DNA of 64,000 nt, taken from contig JBBIPK010000006.1 of assembly GCA_037442885.1 (NCBI GenBank), positions 4,548 to 68,547 of the forward strand, written 5' to 3'. This DNA comes from Acidobacteriota bacterium (lineage in GTDB: Bacteria; Acidobacteriota; Terriglobia; Acidiferrales; 2-02-FULL-67-57). The notes below the pieces were generated by a model. It was not told the origin of the DNA. It saw nothing but the letters and a program-made list of their open reading frames with translations, and did no database searches. Below are positions 19,628-29,816 of the stretch, one piece after another. Position 1 is the first letter of the stretch. Every line of letters starts with the position of its first letter. A program made the position numbers and the translations under genes.

Positions 19628-20314
19628 ATGAAGTTTTTCCTCGACACCGGCAATGCAGCGGAGGTGCGGCAAGCGGCGAGCCTGGGTGTGCTCGACGGCG
19701 TCACCACCAATCCCACGCTGCTCGCGAAAGAGGGCAAGCCCTTCCGCGAAGCGCTGCTCGAGATGTGCCAGCTGGTGGACATCGTGAACGGCGAGGTGGT
19801 GGCGACGGATGCCGAGGGGATGATCGCCGAGGGGCGCGAGCTGGCGTCGCTCCACCCGAACATCGTGGTCAAGATTCCGATGACGCCCGAAGGGTTCAAA
19901 GCCATCCGGGTGCTGCGGCGCGAAGGGATTCGGATCAACGTGACGCTGGTGTTCAGCCCGGCGCAGGCGTTGCTGGTGGCGAAAGCCGGCGCGTATTTCG
20001 TCAGTCCGTTCCTGGGGCGGCTGGATGACATCGGCAGCGACGGGATGCGGGTGCTGCGCGACATCATCGACGTATATCGTCCCTACAAGTTCGAGACGCA
20101 GGTGCTGGCTGCCAGCCTGCGGCACCCGATGCACGTGGTGGAGGCGGCCAAGCTCGGCGCTGACATCGCCACCATGCCCTATAAAGTCTTCGAGCAGCTC
20201 TTCAAGCATCCGCTGACCGACCGCGGACTGGACGCCTTCCTTAAGGATTGGGAGAAGGCGCGCGCGGTGCTGGGCGACATCCTCCCGGCGGAAGTCAAGA
20301 CAGGCAGGAAGTGA
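19628..20314 (+). CDS. tal: Transaldolase (short type 3B) / fructose-6-phosphate aldolase family
   Basis: [55 protein letters not shown]. Confidence 0.9.
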   Translation: MKFFLDTGNAAEVRQAASLGVLDGVTTNPTLLAKEGKPFREALLEMCQLVDIVNGEVVATDAEGMIAEGRELASLHPNIVVKIPMTPEGFKAIRVLRREGIRINVTLVFSPAQALLVAKAGAYFVSPFLGRLDDIGSDGMRVLRDIIDVYRPYKFETQVLAASLRHPMHVVEAAKLGADIATMPYKVFEQLFKHPLTDRGLDAFLKDWEKARAVLGDILPAEVKTGRK

Positions 20315-20721
20315 ACGAGCCCATCCGGCTGTTGATTATCGGTCTGATTCTGACGGCCGCTGTGCTTCTTGGCCTGTGGTTGTATCTCTGGTGGCGGGGG
20401 CGGCGGAAGGATCCGGCGGAAGTGGAGCGGCGCCGGCGTTTGCACATCAATCGCATCGGACGGATTGCGAACGGGCGCGTGACGGAGCTGCTGGATGCGC
20501 AGAACGGGGCGACGGACGGGCCGCCGCGGCTGATCGTCTATCGCTACGAGGTGCGCGGCGTGGATTATCAGGCGGCGCAGGACATCGGCTTCCTGGGCGC
20601 AGACGCGGCGCGGCTGGACTTGCGCAAGGTGGCCTCCGGACACCCGGTGAGTGTGAAGTATGATCCCAAGAACCCACCCAATTCGATTATCCTGTGTGAG
20701 GTCTGGAACGGGCTGGCGTAG
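20311..20721 (+). CDS. DUF3592-like small membrane protein
   Basis: N-terminal TM helix, then ..[11 protein letters not shown]...[18 protein letters not shown] 20311 overlaps the tal stop (GTGA). Confidence 0.55.
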   Translation: MNEPIRLLIIGLILTAAVLLGLWLYLWWRGRRKDPAEVERRRRLHINRIGRIANGRVTELLDAQNGATDGPPRLIVYRYEVRGVDYQAAQDIGFLGADAARLDLRKVASGHPVSVKYDPKNPPNSIILCEVWNGLA

Positions 20722-20725
20722 GAAG

Positions 20726-20760
20726 CTGTACCTCGTACTCTGTACCCTGTACCTTGTGAC
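20726..20760. repeat. Tandem heptamer array (YYGTRCY)x5
   Basis: CTGTACC TCGTACT CTGTACC CTGTACC TTGTGAC, lying between the DUF3592 stop and the carboxyltransferase start. Confidence 0.8.
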
Positions 20761-20766
20761 CCAGAC

Positions 20767-22344
20767 ATGAGCGCGAGTAAGAAGCAAATACAGGAACAGA
20801 CGGAGAAGCGGCTGGAGGAACTGCGCAGGCGGGAGCAAGCCGCCGAGGCTGGGGGCGGCGCGGAGCGCCTCGCGCGGCAGCACGAGGCCGGGAAGCTGTC
20901 GGCACGTGAGCGAGTCGAGCTGCTGCTCGACCCGGGAACGTTTGAGGAGCTGGACAAGCTCGTCGTTCACCGCTGCGAGGACTTCGAGATGGACAAGCAG
21001 CGGATTGCGGGCGACGCCATTGTTTCCGGCTACGGGCGCGTGGACGGGCGGGTGGTGTATGTGTTTGCGCAGGACTTTACGGTTTTCGGCGGCTCGCTGA
21101 GCGAGGCGAATGCGGAAAAAATCTGCAAGGTGATGGATCTGGCGATGCGGCAAGGCGCGCCGATTGTCGGGCTGAACGATTCCGGCGGCGCGCGCATCCA
21201 GGAAGGGGTGATGTCGCTCAAGGGCTACGCCGACGTGTTCCTGCGGAACACGCTGGCGAGCGGAGTGATTCCGCAGATTTCAGCGGTGATGGGGCCGTGC
21301 GCGGGCGGCGCGGTTTATTCGCCAGCCATCACCGACTTCATCTTTATGACCAAGGACACGAGCTACATGTTCGTGACCGGACCGGACGTCATCAAGACGG
21401 TGACGCACGAAGAGGTGACGAAGGAGGAGCTGGGCGGGCCGGTGACGCACAACGCCACGAGCGGCGTGGCGCATTTCATTGCCGCGAACGACGCCGAGTG
21501 CCTGGCGATGATTCGCGAACTGCTCTCATTTCTCCCTTCGAACAACATGGATGACCCACCGCGGCACGCGACCGTTGACCCGGAGGACCGCGCGGAGGAG
21601 CGGCTGAACAGCATCGTGCCGGCTGACCCGATGCAGCCCTACGACATCAAGGAAGTCATCCGGCTGGTGGTGGACGAGGGCTACTTCTTCGAGGTGCAGG
21701 AGTATTTTGCCAAGAACATTGTGGTGGGGTTCGCGCGACTGGCGGGGCAGCCGGTGGGGATCGTAGCGAATCAACCGGCGGTGCTGGCGGGCGTGCTCGA
21801 CATCAACGCCTCGGACAAGGCGGGGCGGTTTGTGCGCTTCTGCGACTGCTTCAACATTCCCCTGATTACCTTCGAGGACGTGCCGGGGTTCCTGCCGGGG
21901 ACACAGCAAGAGTTCGGCGGGATTATCCGGCATGGGGCCAAGCTCCTTTATGCGTTCGCCGAGGCGACGGTGCCGAAGGTCACGGTGATCACCCGCAAGG
22001 CCTACGGCGGCGCCTACTGCGTCATGGCGTCGAAGCACATCCGCACCGACATCAACTACGCCTGGCCGACGGCCGAGATTGCGGTGATGGGGCCGGAGGG
22101 CGCCGTGAACATCGTCTATCGGCGGGAATTGGCCGCCGCCAAAGACGCCGAGCGCGAGCGGGCGCAGCGCGTGGAGGAATTCCGCGAGCGCTTCGCCAAT
22201 CCCTGGATTGCCGCCGAGCGCGGCTGGATTGACGCGGTGATTGAGCCGAAGTTCACCCGGCCGAAGCTGATTGCCGCCCTGCGCATGCTCGAAAACAAGC
22301 GCGATACCAATCCGCCTAAGAAGCACGGCAACATCCCCCTGTAA
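20767..22344 (+). CDS. Acyl-CoA carboxylase carboxyltransferase subunit (propionyl-CoA carboxylase beta / methylmalonyl-CoA carboxyltransferase family)
   Basis: About 525 aa with a tandem crotonase-like CT fold. Motifs: [43 protein letters not shown]. Confidence 0.9.
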   Translation: MSASKKQIQEQTEKRLEELRRREQAAEAGGGAERLARQHEAGKLSARERVELLLDPGTFEELDKLVVHRCEDFEMDKQRIAGDAIVSGYGRVDGRVVYVFAQDFTVFGGSLSEANAEKICKVMDLAMRQGAPIVGLNDSGGARIQEGVMSLKGYADVFLRNTLASGVIPQISAVMGPCAGGAVYSPAITDFIFMTKDTSYMFVTGPDVIKTVTHEEVTKEELGGPVTHNATSGVAHFIAANDAECLAMIRELLSFLPSNNMDDPPRHATVDPEDRAEERLNSIVPADPMQPYDIKEVIRLVVDEGYFFEVQEYFAKNIVVGFARLAGQPVGIVANQPAVLAGVLDINASDKAGRFVRFCDCFNIPLITFEDVPGFLPGTQQEFGGIIRHGAKLLYAFAEATVPKVTVITRKAYGGAYCVMASKHIRTDINYAWPTAEIAVMGPEGAVNIVYRRELAAAKDAERERAQRVEEFRERFANPWIAAERGWIDAVIEPKFTRPKLIAALRMLENKRDTNPPKKHGNIPL

Positions 22345-22473
22345 AGAAGCAACCGGCGATCAGCGGCCCGCGACCAGGGAAAGACGGACGAAACTAGTTT
22401 GCTCGCATAGCCTGGTTTCTCGAAACGAGTTACGACGGGTCGGGGTGTATCCCCCGCTGCTGCGGCGCGGGTG

Positions 22474-22482
22474 TGCTAGAAT
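22474..22482 (+). promoter_or_regulatory. Extended -10 element (TGCTAGAAT) upstream of the biotin carboxylase gene
   Basis: TGCTAGAAT lies 31 nt upstream of ATG 22514. Confidence 0.4.
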
Positions 22483-22513
22483 CGGCGGGCCTTCGAGCCT
22501 GCGGTGCAGGTCA

Positions 22514-24061
22514 ATGTTCAAAAAAATTCTGATTGCCAATCGCGGGGAAATCGCCGTCCGCATCATTCGTGCCTGTCGCGAGATGGGGATCAAGGCGGTG
22601 GCGGTGTTTTCCGATGTAGATCGGGCATCGCTGCACGTGCGGCTGGCCGACGAGGCCTATCCGATCGGGCCCGCGCCTTCGACCGAAAGCTACCTGCGGA
22701 TTGACAAGCTGATGGAGGCGGCGCGCCGTTCGGGAGCGGCTGCGCTGCATCCGGGCTACGGCTTTCTGGCCGAAAACCCGGCGCTGCCGCGGGCGTGTCG
22801 CCAGGCGGGCATCGCTTTCATCGGCCCGCCGGCGGAAGCGATGGAGATGCTGGGGAGCAAGACCGAGTCGCGGCGAGCCGCCGAGCGTGTGGGCGTACCG
22901 GTGGTGCCGGGGACGCGCCAGCGGCTTACGTCATTGGAGGAAGCCGCGCGCGCGGCAGCGGAGTTCGGTTATCCGGTCATGTTCAAAGCGGTGGCCGGCG
23001 GCGGCGGCAAGGGGATGCGGCTGGTACGCGAGCCGCAGCAGTTGGCAGGCGCGTGGCGCGACGCGCAGTCGGAGGCCGAGAACGCCTTCGCCGACCCCTC
23101 GCTCTACATCGAGAAGTACCTGGAGCGGCCGCGGCACGTCGAGATTCAGATTCTCGCCGACGGGCACGGGAACGTCGTGCACCTGGGCGAGCGCGAGTGC
23201 AGCTTGCAGCGGCGGCATCAGAAGGTGGTGGAGGAGTCGCCCTCGCCGGTGATGCTGGAAGCGCCGGAGATGCGCGCGCGGATGGGCGAGGCAGCGGTGA
23301 AGATTGCGCGGGCCGGGGGCTACGTGAACGCCGGCACGATGGAATTTCTCGTTCATCGGGACAACCGCAGCCCGCTCGGCTGGAATTTCTATTTCCTGGA
23401 GGTGAATGCGCGCCTGCAGGTGGAGCATCCGGTGACGGAGCTGGTGACGGGGCTGGATCTGGTGAAGTGGCAGATCCGGATTGCCGCGGGCGAGCCGCTG
23501 AAGTTCCGGCAGCAAGACATCCAGTGGCGGGGCCACGCCATCGAGTGCCGGGTCTATGCGGAGGATCCGGAGAACAACTTCTTTCCCTCGCCGGGCAAAA
23601 TCACGCGGCTGGAGCGACCGTTTGGGCCGGGCGTGCGGATTGATGCCTACGTATACGAGGGCTGGGACGTGCCGCTCGATTACGATCCGCTGCTCGCGAA
23701 GCTCGTCTGCTGGGGCGAGGATCGGACGGAAGCGGTGGCGCGGGTGCGCCGGGCGCTGGAGGAATATTGGGTGGGCGGCGTGCGCACGAACCTCTCGTTC
23801 TTCCGCCGGCTGGTGAACCAGCCGGAGTTTCTGGCCGGTGAACTGGACACGGAGTTGATTGACCGGATGCTGGCGGAACGAACGGCGCCAGCGGTGGGGG
23901 AAGACTTGCGCGAGATGGCCGCGGTGACGGCGGCGCTGGCGGAGTGTGCGGAAACTGCTCGGAACGGCACCGCGTCGGCCGCGAGAGCGCCGCTGAGCCG
24001 CTGGAAACTCGCCGGGCGCGAGCGGCTGCTCAATCGCTCGCCTCATCGAAAAAGCAGCTGA
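22514..24061 (+). CDS. Biotin carboxylase subunit of an acyl-CoA carboxylase (ATP-grasp) with C-terminal extension
   Basis: MFKKILIANRGEIAVRIIRACREMGI, GGGGKGMR, EMNARLQVEHPVTE. Start at ATG 22514; the upstream part of ORF 22271.. overlaps the previous gene. Confidence 0.9.
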   Translation: MFKKILIANRGEIAVRIIRACREMGIKAVAVFSDVDRASLHVRLADEAYPIGPAPSTESYLRIDKLMEAARRSGAAALHPGYGFLAENPALPRACRQAGIAFIGPPAEAMEMLGSKTESRRAAERVGVPVVPGTRQRLTSLEEAARAAAEFGYPVMFKAVAGGGGKGMRLVREPQQLAGAWRDAQSEAENAFADPSLYIEKYLERPRHVEIQILADGHGNVVHLGERECSLQRRHQKVVEESPSPVMLEAPEMRARMGEAAVKIARAGGYVNAGTMEFLVHRDNRSPLGWNFYFLEVNARLQVEHPVTELVTGLDLVKWQIRIAAGEPLKFRQQDIQWRGHAIECRVYAEDPENNFFPSPGKITRLERPFGPGVRIDAYVYEGWDVPLDYDPLLAKLVCWGEDRTEAVARVRRALEEYWVGGVRTNLSFFRRLVNQPEFLAGELDTELIDRMLAERTAPAVGEDLREMAAVTAALAECAETARNGTASAARAPLSRWKLAGRERLLNRSPHRKSS

Positions 24062-24555
24062 TGCAGTTCGAAGTGACCATTGCCGGCCGCACGGAGCGCG
24101 TGGAGGTGCGGCGCGGGCCGGACGGTTGGGAGTGCCGGGTGAACGGCGAACTGCTACCCGCTGACATCGCGGAAGTGCGGCCCGGCGTTTTCTCCGTCCT
24201 GTTGGAGGGTTGCGCCTTCGAGATGCAGGTCGAGCGGGACAACGAGCACTATCGGATTCAGAGCCGCGGAGTGGAGCTGGTAGCGACGGTGGCGGATCCG
24301 CGGCGCTGGCGGCGCCGCGGGGCGGGACTGGTGGCGGCCGGCCGGCAAGAGGTGCAGGCGCCGATGCCAGGCAAGGTGATCGCGGTGCTGGTGGCCGCAG
24401 GACAACGGGTGAAGGCCGACCAGGGACTCGTGGTGGTGGAAGCGATGAAGATGCAGAACGAGATTCCGGCGCCGAAGGAAGGCGTGGTGGAGCAGGTTCT
24501 GGTTTCCGCCGGCGACACGGTGGAGCACGGACAGACGCTGGTGGTGGTGAGTTAG
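24061..24555 (+). CDS. Biotin carboxyl carrier (biotinyl/lipoyl-domain) protein
   Basis: C-terminal VVVEAMKMQNEI biotinylation motif. TGATG overlap with the biotin carboxylase gene. Confidence 0.85.
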   Translation: MQFEVTIAGRTERVEVRRGPDGWECRVNGELLPADIAEVRPGVFSVLLEGCAFEMQVERDNEHYRIQSRGVELVATVADPRRWRRRGAGLVAAGRQEVQAPMPGKVIAVLVAAGQRVKADQGLVVVEAMKMQNEIPAPKEGVVEQVLVSAGDTVEHGQTLVVVS

Positions 24556-24567
24556 CGGAGGTGGACG

Positions 24568-25173
24568 ATGGAGGCAACCAACACGCAGGCGGTAGGGGTC
24601 GAGGAGTTCGTGCGCGGGCTTGAAGAAATTCCCGCGGCGCGCTTTACGCCCGAAGCGGTTTACGACTACATCCGCGCGCACCCGATTGCGCCGGCCTCGC
24701 TCGCTCCCTATCTCTATTTCAGCCCGCACAACTACACGCGTAATTTGATTCACAAGAACGACCGCTTCGAGGTCATCGCCATTTGCTGGGAAGTCGGGCA
24801 GGTGAGCCGCATCCACAACCACCGCGACCAACACTGCTGGATGCTGGTACCCATCGGCAAACTGGAAAATCAAAATTACCGCGTCTGCGACCGCAATCCG
24901 CAGCAGCACACCTGCCGGCTCGAAGAAAGCACGACGGTGCTGATTTCACCGACAACACCCCTGGCGGTGGACCAGGACGAACCCGTGCACCAGGTGCGGA
25001 ACCGCAAGGAATACGCCGCCCGCGCCGTCAGCATCCACATCTACTCGCGGCCGTTCAACACCTGCGAGGTGTACTCGCTGGAACACGGGAAGTACTACGA
25101 CGTGGAGCTCAACTATACGAGCGAGTACGGCAAGCTCTGCGCCGGGGAAAAAGCTACGCGGGCTGAGCTCTGA
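24568..25173 (+). CDS. Cysteine dioxygenase type I-like cupin
   Basis: WEVGQVSRIHNHRDQHCW...G.L.NQNY is a cupin HxH-type metal motif resembling bacterial CDO homologues. Confidence 0.65.
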   Translation: MEATNTQAVGVEEFVRGLEEIPAARFTPEAVYDYIRAHPIAPASLAPYLYFSPHNYTRNLIHKNDRFEVIAICWEVGQVSRIHNHRDQHCWMLVPIGKLENQNYRVCDRNPQQHTCRLEESTTVLISPTTPLAVDQDEPVHQVRNRKEYAARAVSIHIYSRPFNTCEVYSLEHGKYYDVELNYTSEYGKLCAGEKATRAEL

Positions 25174-25179
25174 GCGCGG

Positions 25180-26280
25180 CTAGGGGAGGGCGCGGCCCGA
25201 TTCCAGGATCTGGCGCGCGAGGTGGTTGACGACACGGGCCTGGTTGCGCACCGCCTCAATGTAGGCAGCTTCCAGCAGCGATTGCTTTTGCTTGCGCAGG
25301 TGCTCGCGGATGGAGCGCTCGACTTCCGGTTCCGAGAGATCGCGTTGGCCGGCGGGCTGGCGGTCGAGCAGCTTGACGACCTGGTAGCCGTCGCGGCTGC
25401 GCACGACGGCCGAGACGCCGCCGACTTCCAGTTGTTTGACCACGGTGCGAAGCGCGGGATCGCTCTGCTCCAGCGCCGATTCGGGAAAGAATCCCAGGTC
25501 GCCGCCGCCGAGCGCCGTGTTGGGGTCTTCGGAAAAATTCCGCGCCAACTCGGCAAAATCCTCGCCAGCCCGCAGACGCTTGAAGATTTGCTCGATTTTC
25601 TGCCGCGCCTGGTTCTCGCCGGCCGCGTCGCTGCTCTGCAGATTGCGCACCTGTGAGTCCGTGCGGGGCGTCACCAGGATGTGGGCGACGTGGTAGAGGG
25701 TTTCCGGATGGCGAAACTGGTCGCGATGGGAGTCGAAATAGGCGGCTACTTCTTCGGCGGTGACTTCGACTTGGGCCGCCAGTTCCTTTTCGAGCAAGTT
25801 GCGGATGCTGAGTTCCCGGCGCAGCTCCTCGCGCAGCTCGGGCAGCGTCAGTCCTTGCATCTCCAGTTGGCGCTGGAACTCGGGCGCGGTGTAGGAGGTG
25901 TGAAGTTCCCGCAGGGCGGCTTCCACCTCGGCATCGCCGGCGAGCGCGCCCCGCTGCGCCGCCTTCTGGAGGAGGATTTCCTGCTGGATCAGCTCGCCGA
26001 GCAGGCGCAGGCGCTGGCTGATGGCTTCCGCCTCGCTCAGCGGCGTCGGCAAGCCCGCGGTTTGACGGCGGAATTGGCGTTCCACATCGGCACGGAAAAC
26101 CGGCTTGCCGTTGACGAGCGCCCAGACTTCACCGTCGCGGCTCTGCCGAGAGTTGCAGCTCGACAGCACCAGCAGGCAGAGGCCGAGGAGGAGCGGGAGC
26201 CAAAGCCGCCGCGCGAGCGCGCGACGAGTTGCGCGCACGGGAGGATCTGCTATACTGGTGCTTGTTAGAGCGTTTTTCAT
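25180..26280 (-). CDS. SurA/PpiD-like peptidyl-prolyl isomerase (parvulin domain) lipoprotein
   Basis: Lipobox LVLSSC. SurA-N-like helical region. Parvulin core HILV...FAELARNFSEDPNTALGGGDLGFF...GYQVVKL. Start at ATG 26280, because ORF 25180..26607 runs through rpmB. Confidence 0.8.
   Translation of the reverse strand: MKNALTSTSIADPPVRATRRALARRLWLPLLLGLCLLVLSSCNSRQSRDGEVWALVNGKPVFRADVERQFRRQTAGLPTPLSEAEAISQRLRLLGELIQQEILLQKAAQRGALAGDAEVEAALRELHTSYTAPEFQRQLEMQGLTLPELREELRRELSIRNLLEKELAAQVEVTAEEVAAYFDSHRDQFRHPETLYHVAHILVTPRTDSQVRNLQSSDAAGENQARQKIEQIFKRLRAGEDFAELARNFSEDPNTALGGGDLGFFPESALEQSDPALRTVVKQLEVGGVSAVVRSRDGYQVVKLLDRQPAGQRDLSEPEVERSIREHLRKQKQSLLEAAYIEAVRNQARVVNHLARQILESGRALP
26229..26256 (+). 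promoter_or_regulatory. Candidate promoter for rpmB
   Basis: TTGCGC, 16 nt spacer, TGC-TATACT, 45 nt upstream of the rpmB ATG. Confidence 0.4.
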
Positions 26281-26301
26281 TTCATCCTGCGAGTCCCGAC
26301 G

Positions 26302-26493
26302 ATGGCACAACGCTGCGAGCTGTGCGGAAAGGCACCGCGATTCGGCAATCGAATTTCCCACGCCCACAATGTCACGAGCCGCCGGTGGAATGTTAACCTG
26401 CGGCGGGTGCGGGTGCAAATCGGAGGCGTGCGGAAGCGGATGCGGGTGTGCACGGATTGCATCCGCAGCGGGCGCACGCGCCAACTCGCCTAG
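26302..26493 (+). CDS. rpmB: 50S ribosomal protein L28
   Basis: MAQRCELCGKAPRFGNRISHAHNVTSRRWNVNLRRVRV. Confidence 0.9.
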   Translation: MAQRCELCGKAPRFGNRISHAHNVTSRRWNVNLRRVRVQIGGVRKRMRVCTDCIRSGRTRQLA

Positions 26494-26500
26494 TCGTTCC

Positions 26501-26881
26501 CTAGCCCAACCACGCCAGCGCATCAATCTCGACGCGCGCATCGCGCGGGAGGCGTGTGCACTCGACGGTGGAGCGCGCCGGCGGCTCCTCGGGGAAAAAC
26601 CGAGCATAGACTTCGTTCATTCTGGGAAAATCGCTGATGTCGGTCAGGAAGACTGTGGTCTTCACTACCTGTCGCAAGCTGGCGCCGGCGGCCTGCAGGA
26701 TTGCCTCCAGGTTCTTGAGCACGCGCTCGGTCTGGGCGGCAACATCGCCGCTGACCAGGGTCGACGTCACGGGGTCGAGAGCGATCTGGCCGGACAGGAA
26801 GAGAAAGCCGCCCGCCAAGACAGCCTGCGCATAGGGACCGATCGGCTGGGGCGCATCCGGCGTGAGGAAGGTGTGTTTCAT
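26501..26881 (-). CDS. ridA: RidA/YjgF-family reactive intermediate deaminase
   Basis: APQPIGPYAQAV..G.LFLSGQIALDP, ...RSTVECTRLPRDARVEIDA. Confidence 0.9.
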   Translation of the reverse strand: MKHTFLTPDAPQPIGPYAQAVLAGGFLFLSGQIALDPVTSTLVSGDVAAQTERVLKNLEAILQAAGASLRQVVKTTVFLTDISDFPRMNEVYARFFPEEPPARSTVECTRLPRDARVEIDALAWLG

Positions 26882-26920
26882 TGGCCTCTCCTTGCGGGAA
26901 CGGTGAGCGCGCGACCTAGT

Positions 26921-27538
26921 CTACTCTGGCCGCGCCTGGAACAGAAGCGTTTGGGGGGCAACGTTCTTGGCGGTGATTTCGTATTCGGCGAACTCCAAGC
27001 CTGTTCGCACCCGTTTCAACTGGCTGGTGGCTTCGACGTGCCAGGTTCGCGGCAAGCGCACGCCGAGGCGAATACGCCGGAATCGCTCGAGCGCGGCCTC
27101 CTTGGGGAACGGATACCAGCCCGAGGATTCCAGGCGAGCTTCGTGCTGGTTGAGCCGGACCGCAGTCGAGTCCACCTCGTCCAGGGAAAGCTGGAACCGG
27201 ATGACCACGGTGCGGCGGGCGAGCGGCGGCAGCGGCCGGGCAAAGGTCAGCCGGAGGAGAAGCGTTTCGGATTCCATCTTTGCCGACCACGCGAGCAGCC
27301 CGGTTTCATCCCACACGTCCTCCACGCGGGCGCGGTCAGCGAAGGGCGGTGAGAGGAAGAGATCGAGTGTGTCAATGGGGAGAACGCGGCGAGAATCGAG
27401 CTCGAGGTTGGCTTTGCCCGCCAGGGTGCGCGTGGCCGGGTCGAGACGCACGTCGAGCTCCACCGTCCGCACCGAGACGATGCGAGACACGGGTGTTGCC
27501 TGGAGCAGGAGCGCGAGGAGGAGGACACCAGCCGACAC
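26921..27538 (-). CDS. Exported hypothetical protein
   Basis: Signal peptide MSAGVLLLALLLQA. No motif recognised. Codon usage is consistent with neighbouring genes. Confidence 0.5.
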   Translation of the reverse strand: MSAGVLLLALLLQATPVSRIVSVRTVELDVRLDPATRTLAGKANLELDSRRVLPIDTLDLFLSPPFADRARVEDVWDETGLLAWSAKMESETLLLRLTFARPLPPLARRTVVIRFQLSLDEVDSTAVRLNQHEARLESSGWYPFPKEAALERFRRIRLGVRLPRTWHVEATSQLKRVRTGLEFAEYEITAKNVAPQTLLFQARPE

Positions 27539-27541
27539 GGC

Positions 27542-29779
27542 TCAGAGCCGGGGCAGACGAACGACGCTGGAGACGCCGCGGACTTTTTTCAGGCCGGCCA
27601 CAATCCGTTCCAGCTGTTCGACACCGGTCACGTCGCAGGTCAGCTCGATGCGAGCCGGCTCGCCGGGTTCGCTGCGAGCTTCCGTGCGGCGGATGTTGGA
27701 TTGGTTGTCGGCGATGACGGTGGTCATTTCCTTCAGCAAGCCGGGCCGGTCGGCGGCCTGGATGGCCAAGCGCACGGAATAGCTCTCGGTGGTTTCCGGC
27801 GCCCACTCGATTTCGATGCGCCGCTCGACTTCGTAGAGCAGGTTCTGCACGTTGGGGCAGGCCTGGGCGTGGACAGCGACGCCGCGGCCACGGGTGATGT
27901 AGCCGATGATGGGCTCTCCGCGGACGGGGTTGCAGCAGCGGGCGCGGTAGATGAGGAGGTCGTGGTCGCGCAGGGCCATGGCGTCCCCGCGCAGACGGAA
28001 GACGCGGCTCACCGTGCGGCCCAGCGCCCGCCAGGCGGTGGCGACGCGCCGCTCCTCGGCCACGCGCTCGGGAAGAAGCTTCGCCAGCACCTGGCGCGGG
28101 GCAAACTTGCCGAAGCCGATGCGGGCGTAGAGCTGCTCCACGGTCGGACACGCCATCTCCTGGGCCGCGCGCAGCCACACGTCCTCGGGAATCTTCTTCA
28201 AGTTCACACCCGCGCGGCGTGCCTCCTTTTCCAGCAAGCGGCGACCGAGTTCGGTGGCCTGCTCGCGTTCGTGGACGTTGATCCAGTGCTTGATCTTGTT
28301 GCGGGCACGGGAGGTGCGGACAAAGCTGAGCCAATCGCGGCTGGGCCTGTGAGCGGTCTGGGTGAGGATTTCGACGATGTCGCCGTTCTTCAGATGCTGG
28401 CGGAGAGGGACGAGGCGACCGTTGACGCGCGCACCCACGCACTGGTGTCCCACTTCGGTGTGGATGGCGTAGGCGAAATCCACGGGCGTGGCGTCGCGCG
28501 GCAGGATGACCACTCTTCCCTTAGGCGTGAAGGTGTAGACCTCTTCGGGGTAGAGGTCGACTTTGAGGGTGGAGAGGAATTCGCTGGGATCTTCGACTTC
28601 GCGCGCCCACTCGATCAGGCTGCGCAGCCAGGCGATGCGCTGGGCGTCGGTGGGCGTGGCGTCGGCCGCGTCTTTGTACTTCCAGTGGGCGGCGATGCCC
28701 TGTTCCGCGAGTCGGTGCATCTCCTCGGTGCGGATCTGCACCTCGAAGGGCTGACCGTCGCAGAGGACAGAGGTATGGAGAGACTGATAGAGGTTGGGAC
28801 TCGGCATGGCGATGTAGTCCTTGAAGCGGCCGGGAACGGGACGCCAGAGCTGGTGGACGACGCCGAGCGCGGCGTAACAGTTCTTGACGGAGTCGGTGAT
28901 GACGCGCAAGGCCAGCAGGTCATAGATCTCATCGAGGCTCAGGTTCTGACGGATGAGCTTCTGATGGATGGAATAGAGCCGCTTGATGCGGCCTTCGACC
29001 TGGGCCGCAATGCGGTTCTTGTGCAGCTCGGCTTCGAGCAGGCTGCGCACGGTTCCGAGGAAGGTTTCGTTGAGCAGGCGCCGGCCTTCCAGTTCCTGCC
29101 GGAGCTGGCGGTAGCGGTCGGGTTCCAGCGCACGGAAGGCCAGGTCTTCCAATTCGCCGCGGATCTTGCCCATACCCAGGCGGTGGGCGATGGGGGCATA
29201 GATTTCCAAGGTTTCCCGGGCGATGCGTGCGCGGCTGTCGGGCGGGAGAAACTCGAGCGTGCGCATGTTGTGGAGGCGGTCAGCCAGCTTGATCACGACC
29301 ACGCGGACGTCGTCAATCATGGCGAGCAGCATCTTGCGCAGGCTTTCGGCCTGCTGGGCTTCGCGGCTGGAGAAGTCGAGCGTCGAGAGTTTGGTGACGC
29401 CTTCGACCAGCCGGGCCACGTCCGGTCCAAACTCGGCTGCCACCGTGGCCAGGCTGGTGCCAGTGTCTTCCACGATGTCGTGCAGGAGGGCGGAGGCGAG
29501 CGCGGTCACATCCAGGCGCATCTCAGCCAGCAGGTGAGCCACGGCGAGCGGATGAGAGAGAAACGCCTCACCGGAAGCCCGCGTCTGGGCGGCGTGTTCG
29601 CGGGCGGAGAATTCGAAGGCCCGGCGCAAGAGCTCGACGTCATCCTGGGGCCGATACTGGCGCACCTTCTCCGCCAGCGCCGCAAAGGCGGCTGCGCTGG
29701 TGGCAGGAATGGCGGCAGGGTCGGTGACCGGCATGGCAGAAGGACAGCGCGCCCCGCCACGGGGCTGCTGCCACTCCAT
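27542..29779 (-). CDS. relA: Bifunctional (p)ppGpp synthetase/hydrolase (RelA/SpoT homologue)
   Basis: HD hydrolase domain (HPLAVA..LHDIVEDT), synthetase domain (YQSLHTSV), TGS domain, ACT-like C-terminus. Start may be Met16 (29734). Confidence 0.95.
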   Translation of the reverse strand: MEWQQPRGGARCPSAMPVTDPAAIPATSAAAFAALAEKVRQYRPQDDVELLRRAFEFSAREHAAQTRASGEAFLSHPLAVAHLLAEMRLDVTALASALLHDIVEDTGTSLATVAAEFGPDVARLVEGVTKLSTLDFSSREAQQAESLRKMLLAMIDDVRVVVIKLADRLHNMRTLEFLPPDSRARIARETLEIYAPIAHRLGMGKIRGELEDLAFRALEPDRYRQLRQELEGRRLLNETFLGTVRSLLEAELHKNRIAAQVEGRIKRLYSIHQKLIRQNLSLDEIYDLLALRVITDSVKNCYAALGVVHQLWRPVPGRFKDYIAMPSPNLYQSLHTSVLCDGQPFEVQIRTEEMHRLAEQGIAAHWKYKDAADATPTDAQRIAWLRSLIEWAREVEDPSEFLSTLKVDLYPEEVYTFTPKGRVVILPRDATPVDFAYAIHTEVGHQCVGARVNGRLVPLRQHLKNGDIVEILTQTAHRPSRDWLSFVRTSRARNKIKHWINVHEREQATELGRRLLEKEARRAGVNLKKIPEDVWLRAAQEMACPTVEQLYARIGFGKFAPRQVLAKLLPERVAEERRVATAWRALGRTVSRVFRLRGDAMALRDHDLLIYRARCCNPVRGEPIIGYITRGRGVAVHAQACPNVQNLLYEVERRIEIEWAPETTESYSVRLAIQAADRPGLLKEMTTVIADNQSNIRRTEARSEPGEPARIELTCDVTGVEQLERIVAGLKKVRGVSSVVRLPRL

Positions 29780-29816
29780 TCTAGCAGATGGAACGGGAGC
29801 GTTCCGCTCCGACCGG

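Noticed and set aside
25174-25179. Switch from a + strand gene block (1-25173) to mostly - strand genes (25180 onward), considered as a replication terminus or dif site.
   Set aside because: The convergent gap is only 6 nt, and no XerCD-type 28-bp dif-like sequence (..CATAAT-N6-ATTATG..) was seen nearby. Later + strand genes (38959-41418, 58038-61556) break the pattern. A GC-skew computation on the full replicon is needed.
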